The translations under genes and the position numbers were made by a program. 64,000 nucleotides of DNA, from positions 40,920,001 through 40,984,000 of the forward strand of contig CM060731.1 of assembly GCA_030704615.1 (NCBI GenBank), given 5' to 3'. Shown here piece by piece: positions 63,569-64,000 of this stretch; within the stretch, counting starts at the first letter, position 1, and every line of letters begins with the position of its first letter. A model generated the notes under the pieces. It was not told where the DNA came from. It saw nothing but the letters and a program-made list of their open reading frames with translations, and searched no databases. This DNA comes from Takakia lepidozioides. Taxonomy: Eukaryota; Plantae; Bryophyta.

Positions 63569-64000
63569 AATGTGACACCAAGCGCATTTGCGTTGCGTAG
63601 AGAAGATGGTACAGCAACTAAGTTGCTTCTTCTCTAGATGCTAGATGCTGTGTAGATGTACTGCTTCAAATCTGAGTGTTGTTGAATAGGACAACAATTG
63701 CACAGTTGGGTGGTTTCCCCAGCTAAGCATGTCCGACAAGTCTTCAATCAAGTGATCACCTCCTTACTGTGCCACTGCCAGCCTGATTGGAGGCAAGAAA
63801 TTCTCCGCAAATGCACTCGATGTTGCCCTGATTGTGTACATTATAACGTTTACGAATCTGATCAGTAAATTATGCTACAGAGCTCCCAAGTGACTATCTG
63901 CCTGAAATTCGTTTGTGATCACACAAGTCTTTGCAAAGCTATGAAATTGTACAGGATTCATCTCTCATAAATCGGGGAAGTGAAGTGAGTTGGAGCTTAG

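Overview
Eukaryotic, intron-containing land-plant DNA. A probable flagellar MYCBPAP/FAP147-like gene suggests a lineage with flagellated sperm, most likely a bryophyte (inference). The first ~14 kb is a transposon nest. It holds a decayed CACTA (En/Spm) element and a Ty3/gypsy LTR retrotransposon whose pol frame carries a DNMT3-like C5-cytosine methyltransferase between protease and RT. An integrase ending in a PHD finger lies nearby on the opposite strand. One ~5.7-kb inversion (~5900-11635) would rejoin both halves into a single PR-DNMT-RT-RH-IN-PHD-LTR element and also restore the CACTA element. This DNMT/PHD retroelement is the main finding. The rest of the window contains degenerate coding DNA, an 18-exon retinoblastoma-related (RBR) gene with an upstream E2F site, a divergent chlorophyll a/b-binding gene, and duplicated NLR-like and S-protein-homologue (SPH) relics plus one intact SPH gene. 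It also has a tRNA-derived (SINE-like) sequence, GIL1/IRKI-like, GT61-like, F-box/kelch and SDR genes, an hAT-type MITE with an 8-bp TSD, and several tandem or dispersed repeats.
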